From: Myxococcales bacterium
GTDB lineage: Bacteria; Myxococcota_A; Bradymonadia; REDH01
DNA length: 64,000 bases
NCBI GenBank assembly: GCA_020633625.1
Contig: JACKDJ010000023.1
Span: forward strand, 531 to 64,530
Direction: 5' to 3'
The notes below the pieces were generated by a model, which worked only from the letters and a program-made list of their open reading frames with translations, ran no database searches and was not told the DNA's origin. Positions 60,443-64,000 of the stretch are shown piece after piece. The number at the start of each line of letters is the position of its first letter. The first letter of the stretch is position 1. A program made the translations under genes and the position numbers.

Positions 60443-61675
60443 CTACGGCAGCACCGGGCGCTCGGTCGCCGGTACGTCGCACCCGACGAAGTAGATCGTC
60501 GAGCCGGCCCCCTCGCTGACCTGATAGTAGCCGCCGTCGCCGTAGACTACCGCCTCCCCCTGCGGCTCGGCAGCGAACGGGACCTGGGCCGGACGGACGT
60601 CTTGCATCGCCGGCAGGTCGATGCCGTCGGGGAGCACGTACTCCAGCATCCCGGTCCAGCCGCGGACGATCAGGCGCCCCAACACGGGGTCGAAGTCCGC
60701 GGCCGTGGCCCGCGTGCTCGAGCCCGGGAGCATCGGCGAGAGGTCGAAGGTGCCGTAGTCCGACATCGCCACCGCGGTGTCTGACGCGCGGAATAGTGCG
60801 CCGAAGAGCTGAAAGGCGTCGCCGCCCTGTTTGGTCAGCACGTAGACGCGCGCGTACTGGTCGACGACGACCGACTCGACGTTGTAGTCCGCTCCCTCCG
60901 GGTATCCGAGGATCATCGTGTCGACGGCGTCGATCGTCTGGTCTCCGGCGCCGGGGTCGGGCTCCACGATTCGGTGGATCCGAGACGGGACCCCGATCGC
61001 CGTGCGCGCCTCGGCGTTGTCGCCGACGTCGCCAACATACAAGCAACGATCGGCGTCGCCGAACTCGCACGGCCCCGCCGCCATGTCTTCCCAGTCCCAC
61101 GCAAACTCGACGGTCAGCGTGACGGTCGCGAGCAGCGCTCCGGAGTCGATGTCGACGGCAAACAGCGTCGGACCGGCCCCCGAGTCGTTGTGCATCCAGA
61201 GCACGCCAGGGGTCGAGGCCATCGCGAGGCCCGAGATCTCGGTCAGCCCGTCGGGAAGGGAGCCGCGCGCCACCGGTTCGGCGTACTCCGCGCAGCCAAG
61301 TCCGTAGGGGTCGGGAGGAGGCCACTCGACGACGTCGGGCGCTGCGGCGTCTGGGTCCGTCGTGTCGTCGATCGCGTCCGCGACCGTGTCGCTGCCGTCG
61401 CCGCTCGCGTCGGGTGTGGCGTCTGCCACGTCGAGCCCACCGGTGTCTGGCTGGGCATCAGCGCCAACATCCGAGGCCGCGTCTCCGGCTCCAGCGGCGT
61501 CGTCTCCCACGTCTCCCACGTCGCTCGTCGAGCTCGACGCGTCGGCATCGGACTCCGGGGTGTCGCCGTCGCACCCCACGACAGCCGCGAGCGCGGCTGC
61601 TGTCAGGAAGGCGATGGCCGGCGCGCGGCCCTTGGGCCGGGTCTCGTCGGAACCGGGGTGGGACTTGATCGTCAT
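60443..61675 (-). CDS. Hypothetical lipoprotein with acidic linker
   Basis: In-frame part of ORF 60443..61837, starting at the ATG at 61675 (MTIKSHPGSDETRPKGRAPAIAFLTAAALAAVVGCDGD). A long D/A/S/T-rich linker is followed by a globular domain of about 270 aa. Confidence 0.55.
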   Translation of the reverse strand: MTIKSHPGSDETRPKGRAPAIAFLTAAALAAVVGCDGDTPESDADASSSTSDVGDVGDDAAGAGDAASDVGADAQPDTGGLDVADATPDASGDGSDTVADAIDDTTDPDAAAPDVVEWPPPDPYGLGCAEYAEPVARGSLPDGLTEISGLAMASTPGVLWMHNDSGAGPTLFAVDIDSGALLATVTLTVEFAWDWEDMAAGPCEFGDADRCLYVGDVGDNAEARTAIGVPSRIHRIVEPDPGAGDQTIDAVDTMILGYPEGADYNVESVVVDQYARVYVLTKQGGDAFQLFGALFRASDTAVAMSDYGTFDLSPMLPGSSTRATAADFDPVLGRLIVRGWTGMLEYVLPDGIDLPAMQDVRPAQVPFAAEPQGEAVVYGDGGYYQVSEGAGSTIYFVGCDVPATERPVLP

Positions 61676-61914
61676 CGTTGGACTCCAGGCAGGCTCAACG
61701 CTGTCGTAGGGCACGCAGCCCGCGAGCTCAACGGTCGGCGCGTGCCGATGTCGCCGCTCCTGCCACGGCCGCCGGAGGTCAGCGTCGGCGAGACGCGGCT
61801 CCGGCGCCGACCTTGACGTTCGCGCCCGGGGTGCCACGCTTGGGGCGGCGCCGGAGGCACGACCGAGTCGGCCAGCGAGGTGCCGCTTCCCGTCTGCGTT
61901 TTCGAGGAGCCGAG

Positions 61915-62757
61915 ATGAGCGAAGAGTACACCCCGCCCGACGTGTGGACGTGGCAGAGCGGCTCCGGCGGGAAGTTTGCGAGCATCAATCGTCCGATCGC
62001 CGGACCGACGCACGAGAAGGAGCTGCCGGTCGGCGAGCACCCCTACCAGCTCTACTCGTTGGCGACGCCGAACGGGGTAAAGCCGGCGCTGATGTTCGAG
62101 GAGCTGCTCGCCGCGGGTCATGGCGACGCCGAGTACGACGCGTGGCTCGTCGACATCCAGGCGGGCGAACAGTTCGGGAGCGGCTTCGTTGGAGTGAACC
62201 CGAACTCGAAGATTCCGGCGCTCGTCGACCGGACGGGCCCAGAGCCGGTTCGCGTGTTCGAGTCTGGCGCGATCCTTCTTCACCTCGCGACGAGGTTCGA
62301 CGCCTTTCTGCCAACCGAGATCGCTGCGCGCGCCGAGTGCCTTTCGTGGCTGTTCTGGCAGGTGGGATCAGGCCCCTTCGTCGGCGGGGGCTTCGGCCAC
62401 TTCTACGCATACGCCCCGACGAAGATCGAGTACGCGATCGACCGCTACGCGATGGAGGCGAAGCGACAGCTCGACGTGCTCGACCGTCGGCTGGCGGAGG
62501 CCGAGTTCCTGGCGGGTCGGGAGTACTCGATCGCCGACATGGCGGTGTGGCCGTGGTATGGCGCGCTGGTTCGCGGCCTCCTGTACGACGCGGCGGAGTT
62601 CCTTTCGGTGCACGAGTACACGCACGTGTGCCGCTGGGCGGAGTCGATCGCCGCGCGTCCAGCGGCGCGGCGCGCGGTGCTCGTGAACCGGAGCTGGGGC
62701 GAGGTACAGCTTCGCGAGCGGCACAGCGCGGCCGACCTCGACGCGATCGTGCGCTGA
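61915..62757 (+). CDS. yghU: Nu-class glutathione S-transferase (YghU-type)
   Basis: In-frame part of ORF 61678..62757, starting at ATG 61915. It is collinear by eye with E. coli YghU: VWTWQSGSGGKFASINRPIAGPTHEKELPVGEHPYQLYSL, GFVGVNPNSKIPAL and GGGFGHFYAYAP. Confidence 0.88.
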   Translation: MSEEYTPPDVWTWQSGSGGKFASINRPIAGPTHEKELPVGEHPYQLYSLATPNGVKPALMFEELLAAGHGDAEYDAWLVDIQAGEQFGSGFVGVNPNSKIPALVDRTGPEPVRVFESGAILLHLATRFDAFLPTEIAARAECLSWLFWQVGSGPFVGGGFGHFYAYAPTKIEYAIDRYAMEAKRQLDVLDRRLAEAEFLAGREYSIADMAVWPWYGALVRGLLYDAAEFLSVHEYTHVCRWAESIAARPAARRAVLVNRSWGEVQLRERHSAADLDAIVR

Positions 62758-62790
62758 CGAGGGCTGCGGGCGTGCTCGCCGTCGCCGCCG

Positions 62791-63600
62791 CTAGCCGGCG
62801 ACGTCGGTCCGGAGCGCGTGCGCCGGGATCAGCAGCAGGAAGCCCTGCCCGCGTCGCGCGAGGACGCAGCGTCGGGCGAGCGTCGCGGAGTCTGCGTCTG
62901 CGAGCCCGTCGAGCGCGGCGCCGGCGCCGACCTCGCGGATCCAGTCGCGGACAGTCTCCGCCGACAGCCACCCCTCGTCCATGAGCCTTCGGAGCACGCG
63001 CCGGAGGTCGCTGATGGCCTGGGCGACGTTGAAGTCGCGGCCGACCGCGTCGAGCAGGTCCCACTCGTGCACGAGCCCCGGCGCCCTGGCGGCGAGCGCC
63101 CAGAAGACGAGCGACGTGAGCGGCTTCATCGGGACGAACAGGTCGCCGAAGCGGACGTCGCAGCCGTCGCCGTCCCGAACGAGCGTGAACGATGGCTCGC
63201 CCGGCTTCGGTGTCGTGCGCGGCGCGAGTGGTCGATTGACTGGTGAGGTGGCCGCGACGCGCGCGACGGCGAGCAGGACGCCGCCGAGCTGAAGCGCCTC
63301 GCAGCGCTCCGGAATCCGCGCGCGCGCGCCGGCGGGGACGGTGCCACCGTCGATGAAGACCCCGTTCCCGCTCGTCAGGTTCTCGACCCACCACGCGCCG
63401 GCCTCGACCCACAGCCGTGCGTGCAGTCGAGACACCGTCGGGTCGCCGACGACCACGTCGCAGTCCATGCCGCGCCCGAGGCGCGCGCCGCTCGTCACCA
63501 CCCAGGTCCGTCCGGGTTCAATGGCGCCCGGCGTGGGTCCTGGCACCACAGTCAGAATGAGCTCTTGGTTCACGTCCAGGCGAGGGATGCGCGGGGACAC
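62791..63600 (-). CDS. FHA-domain protein
   Basis: 269-aa ORF. The FHA core is ARLGRGMDCDVVVGDPTVSRLHARLWVEAGAWWVENLTSGNGVFIDG. Confidence 0.75.
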   Translation of the reverse strand: MSPRIPRLDVNQELILTVVPGPTPGAIEPGRTWVVTSGARLGRGMDCDVVVGDPTVSRLHARLWVEAGAWWVENLTSGNGVFIDGGTVPAGARARIPERCEALQLGGVLLAVARVAATSPVNRPLAPRTTPKPGEPSFTLVRDGDGCDVRFGDLFVPMKPLTSLVFWALAARAPGLVHEWDLLDAVGRDFNVAQAISDLRRVLRRLMDEGWLSAETVRDWIREVGAGAALDGLADADSATLARRCVLARRGQGFLLLIPAHALRTDVAG

Positions 63601-63694
63601 GGTCGAGGCGCCTTGCCAGAGGCGACGGCGCGTCGCAAGCTGCGCGGCCTCGACGCACCCGTGGCGTCGTCGACGCCAGCAGCCAGACGAGTCG

Positions 63695-64000
63695 TTGCGC
63701 CTTCACGAAGTCTATGAGCTCCAGCGCTGGATCGGGGGGGGCCGCCAAGCCGAAGTGTGGCGCGGCGTTCACACGCCGACGGGCGCCGGCGTTGCGCTGA
63801 AGGTGCTGCATGACGCGGCTGGCGCCGGAGACCTCGTGGCGCTCCGCGCGGAAGCGCGCTCGCTCGCGCGGCTGACGCATCCGAACGTGGTCGGCGTTCT
63901 CGACGTCGGGCGTCTGTCGGGCCCCGACGGCCCGGAGACGGCGCGGCTCGGCGGGCGCACCTGCTTCGCGATGGAGTTGGGTGAGCAGACGCTGGTGCCA
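63695..64000 (+). CDS. Serine/threonine protein kinase, N-terminal part (continues beyond window end; start uncertain)
   Basis: Manual translation of the frame containing 63710 gives VYELQRWIGGGRQAEVWRGVHTPTGAGVALKVLHD...LARLTHPNVVGVLDVG, with a Gly-rich loop plus the VALK lysine. The frame is open to 64000. Candidate starts are TTG 63695 or ATG 63587. Confidence 0.65.
   Translation, partial: MRLHEVYELQRWIGGGRQAEVWRGVHTPTGAGVALKVLHDAAGAGDLVALRAEARSLARLTHPNVVGVLDVGRLSGPDGPETARLGGRTCFAMELGEQTLVP

Overview
This is a very GC-rich chromosomal segment (judged by eye, not computed). Its gene content looks myxobacterial: many Tat or lipobox lipoproteins with acidic linkers, thrombospondin type-3 repeats and a MYXO-CTERM-like motif. 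I found no rRNA, tRNA, CRISPR array, integrase or prophage genes. About 45 protein genes can be supported. They include a UvrD/PcrA-type helicase translationally coupled to DUF4159, a BatA-like membrane protein and a GH31 gene. There is a fatty-acid beta-oxidation pair (dehydrogenase/hydratase plus thiolase), an MrfA-like helicase, ygiQ, and a Tlc-like transporter. That transporter sits beside a glycan-modification cluster (2 glycosyltransferases, 2 methyltransferases, a flippase, a sulfotransferase). Also present are acnA-xth-oxidoreductase, an ECF sigma/anti-sigma pair, polA, a VIT-vWA protein, MscS, aat, a 1603-aa surface protein, a PLC/AcpA-type phosphoesterase, yghU, and an FHA protein next to a Ser/Thr kinase.

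The main signals worth a second look are these. (1) A REPtron-like unit: a Y1/HUH (RAYT-like) transposase gene flanked by inward-facing arrays of a GTAG-containing 15-mer. A second array with 10 full or truncated copies lies 43 kb away, and tandem duplications there have captured a gene's 3' end. (2) polA is broken by six single-base frame losses confined to its 5'-nuclease third, and the adjacent gene has one more. (3) The 1603-aa ORF looks like an in-frame fusion of two complete exported proteins, joined at an internal MYXO-CTERM-like anchor followed by a signal peptide. Many long antisense ORFs in the track are GC-driven artefacts.
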